Origin: an uncultured virus (IMG/VR IMGVR_UViG_3300037166_000075)
Lineage: Duplodnaviria > Heunggongvirae > Uroviricota > Caudoviricetes
DNA length: 64,000 nt
Direction: 5' to 3' (one strand)
IMG/VR virus record: IMGVR_UViG_3300037166_000075
The notes beneath the pieces are model-generated. The model did not search any database, was not told where the DNA came from, and worked only from the letters and a program-made list of their open reading frames with translations. The position numbers were made by a program, and so were the translations under genes. Numbering within the stretch: the first letter of the stretch is position 1; every line of letters starts with the position of its first letter. This document shows positions 30,401 through 39,659 of the stretch, one piece after another.

Positions 30401-30887
30401 AGAACTTGGTCAGCAGCCTGATGTCGTCGGCGTATTTCTTCTTGAGCGCGGGGCGTTCGGCGGGAGAGCCGAGCGGCACAATGTGCCAGTCCAGCGCGGT
30501 CATCTGATCAATGCGGGTCTGGATGCACTCCCGCAGGATCACGCAGTTCTGTGCCACCGCGCGGAGCCGCCCGAACGATACCGGCTCGTGGGAGCGCGGG
30601 ATGTAGTTCAGGTTCCAGCCAACCGGGAAGTCGAACTGCCGCGACCGCGCGCTCTCCGGAGCGAATGGCCGCAGTGGCTGCAGCGGCGAGAACCAGGTCG
30701 ACGGCGTGACACCGGAGATCGTGTACTGGACGGCCTGCGCGACACGGCGCAGCCATCCAGCCCGCGGCGCCGGGGCCGGCGGCGTCGTCAGGCGCCAGTT
30801 CTCGTTGGTGGGCCGGTTCCGCAGCAGCGCCGGATCGGAGGTGACGATCTGGCTCGCGGGCTGGCCATCGTTGATGCCGGCAGGCAC
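27444..30887 (-). CDS. Portal protein fused to degenerate 2H-like, inorganic-pyrophosphatase-like and MuF domains
   Basis: Portal motifs (YG.GP.E; G..P.G); GNYKKGH...YGYI..T...DG..VDVF.G...FDEHK; IARTE...CEIC...PPAHPN.RC. Confidence 0.8.
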   Translation of the reverse strand: MPAGINDGQPASQIVTSDPALLRNRPTNENWRLTTPPAPAPRAGWLRRVAQAVQYTISGVTPSTWFSPLQPLRPFAPESARSRQFDFPVGWNLNYIPRSHEPVSFGRLRAVAQNCVILRECIQTRIDQMTALDWHIVPLGSPAERPALKKKYADDIRLLTKFFESPDKRLDWSQWLSGVLDQHFVYDAVALYKRRNRGGQLYALEQLDAASISVLIDENGRPPKPPNPAFQQVLKGIPAADYATYTAGDLIYGIKNWRPDHAYGYGPCEQVLAYAEMAIARLREQMAFYTHGDVPVGIMEAPVGFSNAQITEIQQYWDSVFLGNIEQRRRLWWVPAGTKYEPFTKDVLTDAFDEWLARVICYAMSIAPGPFIKEQNRATAQVNQAQASAEGLQPTSQWMRRFVNGIIRDCFGIDYLGIAWDGDREFDPIKQSVILSTAATKGAIALDDWRESIGQDPLGGAFSKPMVLTAAGYVPVDPDERAALTPCPGGPIPANDVHAPPGGKLPKPPRPGRDDAVEPVQPGTRPSGATRKMAGSEVISVERPLYSVYELSEWADRYGIGLVERPAVTVAMIVTAGLLSWPVDLMLSPEMAPMILVEPGQIKVEADATGVWLALESDELRREMAAFDGWLGDTPRMLVSLDVPDDVPPNFPGMLLFGSPEYGDDDSGLAKVTHAEVEEAAAETARDPTEAQRASGNYKKGHIEIQGLPIAIENAQGSIRESRHDGWRAVMPTEYGYIEDTKDADGEPVDVFLGPDPESATVFIIDQVKEDGSFDEHKTFIGYHHWSEAQHDFIAAYRNADTRGPAHPGHHFIGSVHEWTMARFKEWLKSGKTTTPISPDAMRKMEAAEGGPVPFIATTGSGTDPLSKAAAHRLPPVRQPRDAEVQAIADKVHRVLTALRNEVLNEIGDQLGKDAASAGARANTATSQISLDALKKLIEIEPDLGRIAVQAGKAAAEAAVEAVAPEQHDDSAVFDAVDEKALDHARRRAAEMVGMRYDEDGNLVPAKRAAMRIDDTTREMLRGTLAQAYEDGLSAAQTRDLLSEDYAFSLARSLTIARTEAADASMAGAMTGYREAAKEYGAKMKKSWLVGDDPCEICQANADQGEIDMDDTFQSGDDAPPAHPNDRCDIAVTIVEDGGDQGSESEE

Positions 30888-30890
30888 CCG

Positions 30891-31148
30891 TCAGGACTCC
30901 AGCCGCACCGCGACCGCGGTCGGACGGCCGCGATGCTCGCCAACCGAAAAGGAGACCCTGGCGCCGTCAACCAGCAACCCGGGATCGAGGTCGCCCAGGG
31001 CGCGGCGGTGCAGGAAGAGGTCGCGCTCCGCCAGGACCGGGGTCTTCTGGTACGGCGTGATGAAGCCCCAGCCCCTCTCGTCGCTGAACCACTTGACAGT
31101 GCCGAGATAACGAACCGGGGCCAGCTGGACGGCAACGGCTTCAGACAT
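30891..31148 (-). CDS. Cold-shock domain protein
   Basis: GTVKWFSDERGWGFI and DLFLH (RNP1/RNP2). Confidence 0.9.
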   Translation of the reverse strand: MSEAVAVQLAPVRYLGTVKWFSDERGWGFITPYQKTPVLAERDLFLHRRALGDLDPGLLVDGARVSFSVGEHRGRPTAVAVRLES

Positions 31149-31464
31149 GGACGCGATCCTTGATCAGCTTGACGGGATTGAAGCCGCGCAGCGACGCGAA
31201 GCCGCGGCGGAACATGTCGCGGCGCCGTTCCCGGCGCGGGGCCTCGAGGTGGGACTTCACGGCGAGCTCGTAGTCGATCGGGTGCAGGGTGATGGTGTCG
31301 GCGACGATGCCGGGAACCTGCTCGCCGATGCGGAAGACGCCGAGCAGATGGCCCTGGCACCACAGCGCCTGGACGCCTTGCGGGAGCTCGAAGGATTTCC
31401 GGATGGTGACGCCGTTGAACGTGCGCGGGGCGTAGCCGACCGGCTTGACGGGATGATCGAACAT
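31141..31464 (-). CDS. Hypothetical protein
   Basis: ORF with RBS, tightly packed in the operon. Confidence 0.6.
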   Translation of the reverse strand: MFDHPVKPVGYAPRTFNGVTIRKSFELPQGVQALWCQGHLLGVFRIGEQVPGIVADTITLHPIDYELAVKSHLEAPRRERRRDMFRRGFASLRGFNPVKLIKDRVHV

Positions 31465-31477
31465 TGGCGCGGTCCCC

Positions 31478-31843
31478 TCAGGTCACCGCCAGGCTACGGG
31501 CCTGCGCCTGGTGCCAGTCCGCGGCCTGGTCATGGAGCCGCGCCAGCGCCTCGCCGTGCGCCAAGCTGATCATGCCCTCGCCGCTCCGGCATTTCCGCGC
31601 CTTGCGGCGATGCCGGGTCGCCTCGTCGGCGTGGAAGCTGGCGGCCTGCAGGTTGGTCAGCGCGGCGCCCTGATCCGGCGCCGGCGCGATGTTGGTGTCT
31701 CCCTTGGCGAGGCGATCGCGGGCGCGCAGCTCGTGCTTGGCCGCCTTGCGGAGATGCTTCGCCAGCTTGGTGGCAGTCCGCTCGACGGAGCTCTGGAACA
31801 GCGGGGCAGGCGTCATCGTGAAGTTGCCGCTCTCTCCGGCCAT
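31478..31843 (-). CDS. Hypothetical protein
   Basis: GGGGAG RBS; operon packing. Confidence 0.55.
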   Translation of the reverse strand: MAGESGNFTMTPAPLFQSSVERTATKLAKHLRKAAKHELRARDRLAKGDTNIAPAPDQGAALTNLQAASFHADEATRHRRKARKCRSGEGMISLAHGEALARLHDQAADWHQAQARSLAVT

Positions 31844-31865
31844 CTCGGTACTCCCCTGGTGCTGC

Positions 31866-32321
31866 TCAGTCGCCGGCAGGGGCGGGGACGTGATAGGTGA
31901 GCATGGTGCCGACTTCCTCGCGTCCCTGCGCTCGCATGGCCCCTCGAGCCGCGTCGTTGCTGACGTGTGTGGCGCTCGAGATCGTCGGTCGCTTCAGTTC
32001 ACGGGCCTTCGCCTTGAGGGCGTCGAACATCTCGGTATGGATGCCCTGGTGGCGGTACTCCGGACTGACGTAGGCCAAGTTGATCCAGATCTCGTTCGCC
32101 CAGTTGGCGTCGGTCCAGGTCAGGACGCCGACGGGTTCGTCATCGACGAACGCCACAATGGCTTTGTGATCCCAGCAGACCGCCGTCGTCGCCAGCGTGC
32201 AGAGACCTTCGTGGAGCAACTCGGCCCAGCCGAACACCGCAAGGGGCAGCACCGGCGTGTTGGGCAGGCAGTTGAAGTGCTCGACACGAAGGCGTTCACG
32301 AAGGCTTTGTCGCATAGTCAT
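31866..32321 (-). CDS. GNAT acetyltransferase
   Basis: YVSPEYRHQGI and N.AA motifs. Confidence 0.85.
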   Translation of the reverse strand: MTMRQSLRERLRVEHFNCLPNTPVLPLAVFGWAELLHEGLCTLATTAVCWDHKAIVAFVDDEPVGVLTWTDANWANEIWINLAYVSPEYRHQGIHTEMFDALKAKARELKRPTISSATHVSNDAARGAMRAQGREEVGTMLTYHVPAPAGD

Positions 32322-32349
32322 TATGTCTTTCCTTGCGTTGATCGGCACG

Positions 32350-33984
32350 TCAGCTCGGGCGCCGGCATCCGGCCCGTTCCAGCGCCGGCACGAAGGCGAC
32401 CGGCACCGTCAGCATGCCGGTGGCATCGGCCATGAAGCGCTGCGAGCCACCGGCGGGATCCGGCACGAAGTAGGCCGCGTATGGCCCCTTCGCGATCAGC
32501 CGCACGGTATCGGGCGGCGGCGGCGGATCGGTCGGGCGTGCCGGCAGGGCAGCCACCGGGTTCGTCGGCACTACGGACTCTTGCGGGATCGCGGGCACGG
32601 CCGGCGCCTGCGGTGGCTTCGGGGTGTGGGCGCGGTAGTATTCCAGCCACCCCGCGGCGTTCGGCCCCAGCATCAGGTCGGTGAGCCCCCAGACTGCAGC
32701 GTCGGCACGGTTTGGCGACCTGGCCCCGATGTAGCCCTGGTCGGTGAACTCGGTCAGCTCATCCTCGAGCTTCTCGAAGCGCCCGGCATGCGAGACCTGT
32801 TTGCGCTGGTAGAGGGTGGCAATCGGCTCCGCCCGCTGCGCCTTGCCGCGGCTCGCCGTCACGGCCTTGAACGGCACGCTGGCGTCGACGGTCTGGATCA
32901 CATACTCGACCATCGCACCGCCGAAATTCGTCTCGCCCACGATCGCGTCGGCTTGCCAGTGATGATACGCCGCGACCGCTGCACTGCCCCATTGATTGGG
33001 GCCGCCGAGCAGCGAGCAGTCGTCCAGCACGTAGCCGCGGCCGTCCATCCCGAGCCCCGCAACCATGATCCCGATCTCGTCGTGCGCGCTGTCGAGTTCG
33101 TTCTTGGCGCCCGATGGGTCGACCGCCACGACGACTCGCTGCATCCGGGGTAGCCGGGACGGCTCGACGCGGGTCTCCTCGAGAAGCTTCCAGGTCCACA
33201 GCGCCGACTCGGTCTCGTCGCCGTAGACGCCGTCGCGGAACCGTCGCCGCGCCCGATCCGGCATGTCGTCGAGCGATTGCAGGTAAGCCGGGTCGAGGTG
33301 CTCGGCGTTGTCGGCCGGCTTCGAGAACAGCCAGCGGTACTGGTCGGGGTTCGCGAGCGGCTTCTTGCTGACCGGGTCGCGGTGCTCACCGAACAGGATG
33401 TTGGTCCAGTGGCCCTTGCCCGGCGGGTTGAGGTCGTAGAACGCCTTTTGCTGAAGCGCCAAGCTGGTATCCGGGTTCTTCGCCGTCTGAGCAAGGCGGG
33501 TCAGGGCGGTCAGCACCGACGAGTACGGGATCTGCGAGCATTCGTTCAGGAGAATGGTCGCGTATTCGTTGCCGAGGATCTTGTCGACCCGCTCCTTGTC
33601 GTCGAGGCCGCCAAGCCAGAGTTCGGAGTCATTCGGCAGGCTGAAGAAGCGATCCGCGGAATGCGGCACGATCCGCAGGTCCGGGAAGAACGTCCGCGCT
33701 ACGAACGGCAGGGTCTGAAGCCCGATCGAGGGCCAGACCGCCGCGGCATGGAGGCGCATGATGGCATGCCGGGACGGCGCCTGCAGCCCGCGCAGGATGA
33801 TGGTCCGGACGATGGCGACCGTCTTGCCACTGCGCGACCCGCCGGGCAGGCAGATGTGCCGGGCCTCGCTGTTCAGCAGCTCGGTCATCTCGACCTGCCG
33901 GGGCGTCAGCAGATCGGGGCGGCCGTTGAGGATGACGTCCTTGGAGGCCGCCTTGCTCCGCGTGGCCTTCCGTTTGGTCGGCAC
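32350..33984 (-). CDS. terL: Terminase large subunit
   Basis: Walker A GGSRSGKT, ILLNE, NPP, VAVDP, SPNRADA; Pro-rich C-terminal extension. Confidence 0.93.
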   Translation of the reverse strand: MPTKRKATRSKAASKDVILNGRPDLLTPRQVEMTELLNSEARHICLPGGSRSGKTVAIVRTIILRGLQAPSRHAIMRLHAAAVWPSIGLQTLPFVARTFFPDLRIVPHSADRFFSLPNDSELWLGGLDDKERVDKILGNEYATILLNECSQIPYSSVLTALTRLAQTAKNPDTSLALQQKAFYDLNPPGKGHWTNILFGEHRDPVSKKPLANPDQYRWLFSKPADNAEHLDPAYLQSLDDMPDRARRRFRDGVYGDETESALWTWKLLEETRVEPSRLPRMQRVVVAVDPSGAKNELDSAHDEIGIMVAGLGMDGRGYVLDDCSLLGGPNQWGSAAVAAYHHWQADAIVGETNFGGAMVEYVIQTVDASVPFKAVTASRGKAQRAEPIATLYQRKQVSHAGRFEKLEDELTEFTDQGYIGARSPNRADAAVWGLTDLMLGPNAAGWLEYYRAHTPKPPQAPAVPAIPQESVVPTNPVAALPARPTDPPPPPDTVRLIAKGPYAAYFVPDPAGGSQRFMADATGMLTVPVAFVPALERAGCRRPS

Positions 33985-33990
33985 AGCAGA

Positions 33991-34395
33991 TCAGGACGTT
34001 GGTTCGCCATTGACCTGCACGGCCCGGCGCGCCGCCGCGCGGGTCCGCCGCGAGAACCGCGCCGCATCGAGCCGCAACAGCAGGCCGGTGAAGCGCCGCA
34101 GCACCGCCGCGAGACGGCCCGGCGCCCGAGCCTCGCCCTGGTCCACGGCGCGCTGGGTCGCGACCACGGTGGTGTCCAGGGTCGGATCGGCGGCGATCAG
34201 GGCGTCGAGCGCGGTCCGCGTCATCGTGATCGTTACGGCCTTGCCGCGGCTCTCCGGCAGCTCGTGGAGAAGCGTGATGGCGCGCGCCGCGGTGCGGGCA
34301 TCATGGTCCGCGAAGGCGATCACGGCCGCGGAGCCGAGATAGATCGGCAGCCAGCCGCGCTCATCGAGCAGCTTCTCAGCCAGCGTGTTCTGCAT
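33991..34395 (-). CDS. Hypothetical protein
   Basis: ORF between the terminase genes. Confidence 0.5.
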   Translation of the reverse strand: MQNTLAEKLLDERGWLPIYLGSAAVIAFADHDARTAARAITLLHELPESRGKAVTITMTRTALDALIAADPTLDTTVVATQRAVDQGEARAPGRLAAVLRRFTGLLLRLDAARFSRRTRAAARRAVQVNGEPTS

Positions 34396-34801
34396 CGGGT
34401 TCTGTTTCGTTGATGGGGTCTGGTGGTTCGGGCAGGCTGGCCTGCGGCCGGTCCGGCCCGCCGATCTGGACGATGAAGCGCGTCCCGTCGGGGAGCTCGT
34501 GTTCCAGCTTCTCGGTCAACTTCCATCCGCACTTGACGCGGAGGAAGAAGAGGATCGCCCGGAGATTCCCCTTCCGGATGTGCTGTGCCAGCCGAAGTTC
34601 CGCGACGCCCTGAAGCCACATCGGGTCCGTCGCCAGCTCGGCCTTGTAGTGCTTCCGCAGGGTCTTGAGATCGATCCTAAGGTAGCGGGCAATCTCGTTG
34701 TGCGTGTGCTCCAGCGCGGCCAGAGCCGTCACGGCCGCCTTGTTTTCCCGCGTCGGAACATGCTCGGGCCGCCCCACGTGGCCCCGTGCGGCCATCGCCA
34801 T
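34376..34801 (-). CDS. Terminase small subunit-like HTH protein
   Basis: GRP.H.PT, IA..L.ID.KTLRKHY..EL, A..F.L....GW. Confidence 0.8.
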   Translation of the reverse strand: MAMAARGHVGRPEHVPTRENKAAVTALAALEHTHNEIARYLRIDLKTLRKHYKAELATDPMWLQGVAELRLAQHIRKGNLRAILFFLRVKCGWKLTEKLEHELPDGTRFIVQIGGPDRPQASLPEPPDPINETEPDAEHAG

Positions 34802-35008
34802 ACCCCTTCGTGTTGGCTACCCGAACAGACCGGCCGCCTTCTCCTCCGGCACCGACCCCGGTGATGGGCGGGCATCCCTGGCGACAGGCTTGGCTATGTC
34901 TGGCGGGCTGATCCGAGCCCCGGCCCTCACGCGCGATAACGCCGGTTTAGCGCGTGTTACGCGGACCCGCCACAATCCGCTCGGGACGCAGCTTCAGAGC
35001 ATGGTCAA

Positions 35009-35038
35009 TCACTACTGCATAAGATTCGCGCCTGTCAA
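35009..35038 (-). promoter_or_regulatory. Candidate late promoter
   Basis: TTGACA-18 bp-TAGTGA facing the terminase operon. Confidence 0.5.
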
Positions 35039-35241
35039 GCACTTTCTTGTGCTCCCGGCCTCCGAGGCCGGTTTCCGGGGAGCGACGAGCGCCGCGACGA
35101 CGGCGCCACTCGGGTCCGAGGTCAGCCCAGTATGAACTGCAATGTTCGAACCGCCCGGCCGCCGCACCACTAGGTCTGCCGATACTGCTTAGGCGCGGAC
35201 ATTGTTCCGGCCCAGGCGGCCATGCCCATAAACCGGGGGAA

Positions 35242-36093
35242 TTACTCCGACATCCCGCCCGGCGCCGGCGGGTCGTAGAAGTCGGCGAGCCGGTCCAGCG
35301 CAGCGACCAGGATGCCGAGCGCGACACGCTCGTCGATCTCGGTGCTGCCATCCTTGCGGCGGCGGCCAAGGTGATGGCGGCGCGCGAACGACTTGACGTC
35401 GCGATGCAGCGGGTCCGGCCAGCCCAGGATGACGTGCGCCATCGCCGTGACGCCGAGCTTCCCGACCGCGGCGCAGGCGGCTTTCCAGCGGCTGAGCCGG
35501 ATCAGCACCGTCTCGGAGCAATACATTCCGTCGGCGCCGGGGGCGCCGACTGCCATGCCGATCCGCTCGACCGTCGACCCGATGCTGACCTGGCTGCGCT
35601 CGTAGTCGTCGAGCCATCGCCGGGCAGCGCGGCTGTGCCGGCGGGTGATGTAGCGGGAACGCTGCAGATCATGCAGCGGATCGGTGGCCCTGGATGCCGC
35701 GATCTTGCGTGCGGTCCGGCGGTGCGGGTCGGTGTCGCTGGGGTCGCGCCATTCCGCCGGTACGGCGCTGGGCTCCCGCAGCACGGTCCCGTCGGCGTTC
35801 CGGATCTCCTGTCGCCGGATCGCGGGGCCGAGGTCCTGGGCATCGACGAGATCACCACGGGAGCTGGCGCGGATCCGGATCAGCGTCTCGGTCGCGACCT
35901 TGCGGTCCGCGGCATGGATCGGCTGCAGAGCTGCGGCGAGCATGTGCGGGACTTCGGCGCGGAGCCGATCGAGGCGCTTACAGGCGCATTCGCCGGGGCC
36001 GGGGTCCGGCGGCACCAGCGGCTCGCCGGCATAGGGCCATGGTTTCCGGCGACGCCTGCCATCGGCGCGGGGGGAAGCGGCATCGGCGGTCAA
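35242..36093 (-). CDS. Putative late-gene regulator (DUF6456-like)
   Basis: L.....IT.R...AA.....DY, AL..LA.FY; lies before the late promoter; start uncertain. Confidence 0.55.
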   Translation of the reverse strand: MTADAASPRADGRRRRKPWPYAGEPLVPPDPGPGECACKRLDRLRAEVPHMLAAALQPIHAADRKVATETLIRIRASSRGDLVDAQDLGPAIRRQEIRNADGTVLREPSAVPAEWRDPSDTDPHRRTARKIAASRATDPLHDLQRSRYITRRHSRAARRWLDDYERSQVSIGSTVERIGMAVGAPGADGMYCSETVLIRLSRWKAACAAVGKLGVTAMAHVILGWPDPLHRDVKSFARRHHLGRRRKDGSTEIDERVALGILVAALDRLADFYDPPAPGGMSE

Positions 36094-36425
36094 TCGGCCC
36101 TCTCGACATCTGGAAGTCCCAGGATGTGCCTCGGCAGCACGGTGACGATCAGCGCGTCCGCGGGCTGGTAGACCACGCGCACCGGAACTCCGCACAACGT
36201 GACACGCCAGATCTCGCGGTCGAACCGTGTCGGGCCGATGTAGCGCGCCGAGCTGGCCTCACCGGCCACCGCGGCGCAGATCGCGAGCACGGCATCCCGC
36301 CAGTCCGTGGCCGTGGGTTCCAGCCCATGCTGTCCGGCAGCGTACTTCGCCGTGATGGCGGCATGGTGCGCCTCGCCGATGTCGCGGGGTGGCTGGTGGA
36401 CGGAGTGAGCAAGGTCCAAGGACAT
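36090..36425 (-). CDS. Hypothetical protein
   Basis: EIWRV.L....VRVVY.....IVTVLP; start uncertain. Confidence 0.55.
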   Translation of the reverse strand: MSLDLAHSVHQPPRDIGEAHHAAITAKYAAGQHGLEPTATDWRDAVLAICAAVAGEASSARYIGPTRFDREIWRVTLCGVPVRVVYQPADALIVTVLPRHILGLPDVERAD

Positions 36426-36501
36426 GATGTTCGTTAGCTTCCCTGACACGCCGAACGTTCCGACCGCGCTGCCTTTCCGCTCCCCCCGCCGGTTCGTAAG
36501 G

Positions 36502-36641
36502 TGCGCCATAAACTGCGCCATAACATGCGCCATTTCGACCCAGGGGCGGTGGGCTGCGCCATAACGGCGCCGCCGTAAGGCGGCGTTATGGCGCACCGCC
36601 CCCTTTGGGCGCCATTTCTGCGCCACAAACTGCGCCATAAA
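36502..36641. repeat. Iteron-like array with central hairpin (candidate replication origin)
   Basis: (T/G)GCGCCA units at 36502, 36514, 36526, 36555, 36608, 36619, 36631 plus one inverted copy; hairpin 36543-36603. Confidence 0.7.
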
Positions 36642-36646
36642 CTCGC

Positions 36647-37870
36647 TCACGACACGGGACCCGGACGCTTGGCGTCGACCACGCGGACGCACATCCGATC
36701 CTTGCGTTGGACGGGATCGCGGTAAGTGTCCCTGACAAGAACGCCATTGCGCACCCATGTCTCGATCACCTTGTCGGATTCGAGGTCGGTCAACCCGAAC
36801 AGTCGCACCAGGACGGTGCCGGCCCACCGGGAGGCGTCCTTGCCGCGGCGCGAGTGGGTGTAACGAACGCCCTCGCCAGGACCGTCGGCGATGGCGTCCA
36901 GCACTTCGTTGCACTGGTCGACACTCAGCGTGTCCGTCACCTTCGGGGGGTCCCAGGCGACCATGGCCGCCACGGTGTCGCCGTTGGGGTAGTCCTGGGT
37001 GCCGTTGCCCAGCTTTACCTGTTCCAGCTTGAGCCACGTCGCTTTGTTGCCACGCGGCGCCATGTTGGCCTTGGCGTTGTCCAGCCGCACGTACTGCCAG
37101 CGGTCTTCTGGCGCGATGGCAAGGTCCTTGCCGTCATCCTCGCCCATCGGCGACATGATGAGACCGACGCGGGCGCTGTCCGTCAGGCCCTTGGCGCCGC
37201 GCGCCGCGTCGATGTCCGACACCGCGCCCTTGCGCACATGATGGATCAGGAAAATGGCGCAGTTCGTGGCGCGGGCAACGCGTCGCCACGCCGCCGCCGC
37301 CTTGACCATCTGAGGGTTGCTGTTCTCTTCGAGGCTGTGGGACTCGGCGAATGGGTCAACCACGAGCACGCCGATCTCGTGCATCTTGATCTGCTCGATC
37401 AGCGCGACCTCGTCGGGGTGGATGATGCTGAAGCCGTCCTCCGAGATTGCCGCCATGGTGACCGGGCGGTCCTCGCCCGAGTGCATGAAGAGCCCACCAG
37501 CGACATCGGTCTCGTCGACGTTGTGCTGCAGCAGGATCGCGGCGAGGCGGCGGTCCAGCTCGTCGAGCGGGTCCTCCAGGTTGAGCACTGCTGCGTTGGT
37601 ACAGGCGAACACGTGGTCTCGTAATAGGCCGCGGCCCAGCACGCAGGAAACCGCGACGGTCATGGCGTAGATGGACTTGCCGGTGCCACCGGGCGCCACC
37701 AGCACCGTGACGAACCCGCGGAGGAGCTGCGTGCCATAGAGCCACTGCCGCGGCGGGATCGTATGCGGGTCGGGCAACCGTGCCGGACGCAATACGAGCG
37801 GGGGCGTGTCCTGGTCGTGCACCACCGAAAGTCGGGGCTTGCTGCCCCAGATCGGATCAGCGGACTGCAT
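36647..37870 (-). CDS. RepA-like replicative helicase (AAA_25)
   Basis: APGGTGKS, LED, VVDP, IHH.RK, ARGA, KAN. Confidence 0.9.
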   Translation of the reverse strand: MQSADPIWGSKPRLSVVHDQDTPPLVLRPARLPDPHTIPPRQWLYGTQLLRGFVTVLVAPGGTGKSIYAMTVAVSCVLGRGLLRDHVFACTNAAVLNLEDPLDELDRRLAAILLQHNVDETDVAGGLFMHSGEDRPVTMAAISEDGFSIIHPDEVALIEQIKMHEIGVLVVDPFAESHSLEENSNPQMVKAAAAWRRVARATNCAIFLIHHVRKGAVSDIDAARGAKGLTDSARVGLIMSPMGEDDGKDLAIAPEDRWQYVRLDNAKANMAPRGNKATWLKLEQVKLGNGTQDYPNGDTVAAMVAWDPPKVTDTLSVDQCNEVLDAIADGPGEGVRYTHSRRGKDASRWAGTVLVRLFGLTDLESDKVIETWVRNGVLVRDTYRDPVQRKDRMCVRVVDAKRPGPVS

Positions 37871-38618
37871 GGCGCCTGCGCCTCATTGTCTGCGCTGCGA
37901 CCCGGCGGCACTCCTCGATGAGCGCGTCGCTGGGCACGAGCCAGCCGCCGAACCGCTCGTGCACCGCCTCGGCTGCGGAAAGGATCTGCTCACCCGGTTC
38001 CCGGCTGGCGCAAAGCGGCCAGATCCGGCGCCGTAGGGTATCGTGGAAACGCCGTGCGACATCGTTGCCCTCGCACCAGATCGCGGCGCCGGCCTGGCGC
38101 GCTGAGGTGTCCGGCAGGTCGACCTGCGCACCGAGGCGGACCGCCGCACCGACAACTTCATCGGCGCCGTCCGGCCACTCCACGCCGAACAGCGCGCAGG
38201 TGGCACACATCACGGCGTAGCCGAGCAACTGCTCGCGCAGCCAGCGGGTACGGCGCGGCGATTCGAGCCGGGTGACGGCGTCGTACTCGCGCTGGCGCCG
38301 TGCCTGCTCGTCGCGGCGAAGCTTCGAGCGGATCGGCCAATCATGCGCGAGTGCCAGCACGCCGGCGAGTGGCGGCGGGTCGGGGTAGCCGTGCAGCATC
38401 ATGTCGGCGGGGTCCTTGGGCCACGCCGCAACACGGGCGGCCTGCTCCGGGCGGCGCCGGTAAACCACTGCGACCACGGCCGGGGCGTAGGCATCAGCGG
38501 TCTCGAGAGGCAGGGCGGATACCAGATCCAGCCAGGCCGCGCGGCCCCCGCCCTGGCCCATGCACAGCAGCTCGGCTGCCTCCTCGATCATGTCAGCCGG
38601 GAGTTCGGGGACGATCAT
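37857..38618 (-). CDS. Hypothetical protein
   Basis: ATGA-coupled ORF upstream of the helicase. Confidence 0.6.
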   Translation of the reverse strand: MIVPELPADMIEEAAELLCMGQGGGRAAWLDLVSALPLETADAYAPAVVAVVYRRRPEQAARVAAWPKDPADMMLHGYPDPPPLAGVLALAHDWPIRSKLRRDEQARRQREYDAVTRLESPRRTRWLREQLLGYAVMCATCALFGVEWPDGADEVVGAAVRLGAQVDLPDTSARQAGAAIWCEGNDVARRFHDTLRRRIWPLCASREPGEQILSAAEAVHERFGGWLVPSDALIEECRRVAAQTMRRRRHAVR

Positions 38619-39001
38619 GCTGCACGCACCAGTCGCCGGGCATCGTCGTCGGAGCCCAGCACCGCCGAGAGACCGCCGGCGGCCGCGACCGCGGCCAGGA
38701 ACTCGCGCTGTCCCATCTCGAAGCGACCGCCGCGCGGCTTGACCTCGCCGGCGGTGAACAGCCCCACGAGATGTCCGACCATGTCCGGGGTAACCACGAC
38801 GCTCGTCCAGCCGATCAGGTCGGACGCTCCTTGCAAGAGTCCGCATTCCTGCCGGCGCGGATGCAACAGCGTGACGGTATCCTCCGTGGAGGCGATCACC
38901 TTGCCGGCCCAGAACAGGCCGCGGTTGTTGCGGAACAACCGGGCGTGCGGTACCCGGCCGATGGCGAGGCGGATGTGGGCCTGCAGCTCGGACTCGCTCA
39001 A
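38615..39001 (-). CDS. VRR-NUC nuclease
   Basis: E..LQ..I, FRNN.G, G.SDLIG, EVK, Q..F. Confidence 0.85.
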   Translation of the reverse strand: MSESELQAHIRLAIGRVPHARLFRNNRGLFWAGKVIASTEDTVTLLHPRRQECGLLQGASDLIGWTSVVVTPDMVGHLVGLFTAGEVKPRGGRFEMGQREFLAAVAAAGGLSAVLGSDDDARRLVRAA

Positions 39002-39204
39002 TTCTGCCCCTCCGCCGTGAAGATCTGACGCATCCCCGCAGCGGTAACGTCGATCTCCGCCGTGACCTGGTAGCCTTCCGGGGCGGCGGCCAGCCAACGA
39101 CGGAACGCCGCCACCATTGCGCGCCGGGCCGCGCAGAACTCGTCGTACGGACTGCTGCGGGGCACCTCTCGTATCGGAAGCGGTATTAGGTTGCTGGCGC
39201 TCAT
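38998..39204 (-). CDS. Hypothetical protein
   Basis: Coupled small ORF with GGAG RBS. Confidence 0.5.
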   Translation of the reverse strand: MSASNLIPLPIREVPRSSPYDEFCAARRAMVAAFRRWLAAAPEGYQVTAEIDVTAAGMRQIFTAEGQN

Positions 39205-39659
39205 GCCGCTTCTCCAGCGAATCGCAACGGGGCCTGTCGCCGCTGCCACTTCTTCGGGACGGCCTTGATCTCTTCCCAGACCCTGGGATGCTGGCCTTTG
39301 AAGTCGGGCAGCCGAGGTCCGGCGATGAAGCCACGGCCGGCCGGATCCGGTACCAGCCAGCGGGAGCCATCGATCCAGCGGCGGATATCGACGTCCACGG
39401 CGCGGAAATCGTCGCGGGTCAGGTAGCCGGTTTCGCCAAGCAGAATCGCCAGCCGCAGCGCCCGGATCTTCCAGTTCGTAAGCTGGATCGGCGCCGATGC
39501 CCCGGCGACGACATCCGGCACGTACTCCGGCAGCGGGCACCGCCGCGCCGGCATCATCTCGTGCCAGTCACCGTCCTGGTAGTAGAGGGCATCCGGAACC
39601 GGCAGCGACGGCGAGAACGCGGGGCCACGGACGTACTTCGGATAGGGAACTATATACAT
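39201..39659 (-). CDS. Probably N-truncated phage protein whose start is supplied by the adjacent inverted-repeat end
   Basis: LP.YVPDV.AG..AP..LT.WK..A motif; ATG lies inside the TIR-like sequence. Confidence 0.5.
   Translation of the reverse strand: MYIVPYPKYVRGPAFSPSLPVPDALYYQDGDWHEMMPARRCPLPEYVPDVVAGASAPIQLTNWKIRALRLAILLGETGYLTRDDFRAVDVDIRRWIDGSRWLVPDPAGRGFIAGPRLPDFKGQHPRVWEEIKAVPKKWQRRQAPLRFAGEAA

Noticed and set aside
34802..35241. tRNA or structured ncRNA in the late leader
   Set aside because: No cloverleaf or recognisable family by eye; an Infernal/Rfam search would be needed
35237..35248. Fourth copy of the TIR motif (GGGAATTACTCC)
   Set aside because: Lacks the TATATA core and coincides with a stop codon; likely chance
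36502..36641. CRISPR array
   Set aside because: Units are 11-12 bp with no unique spacers and no cas genes
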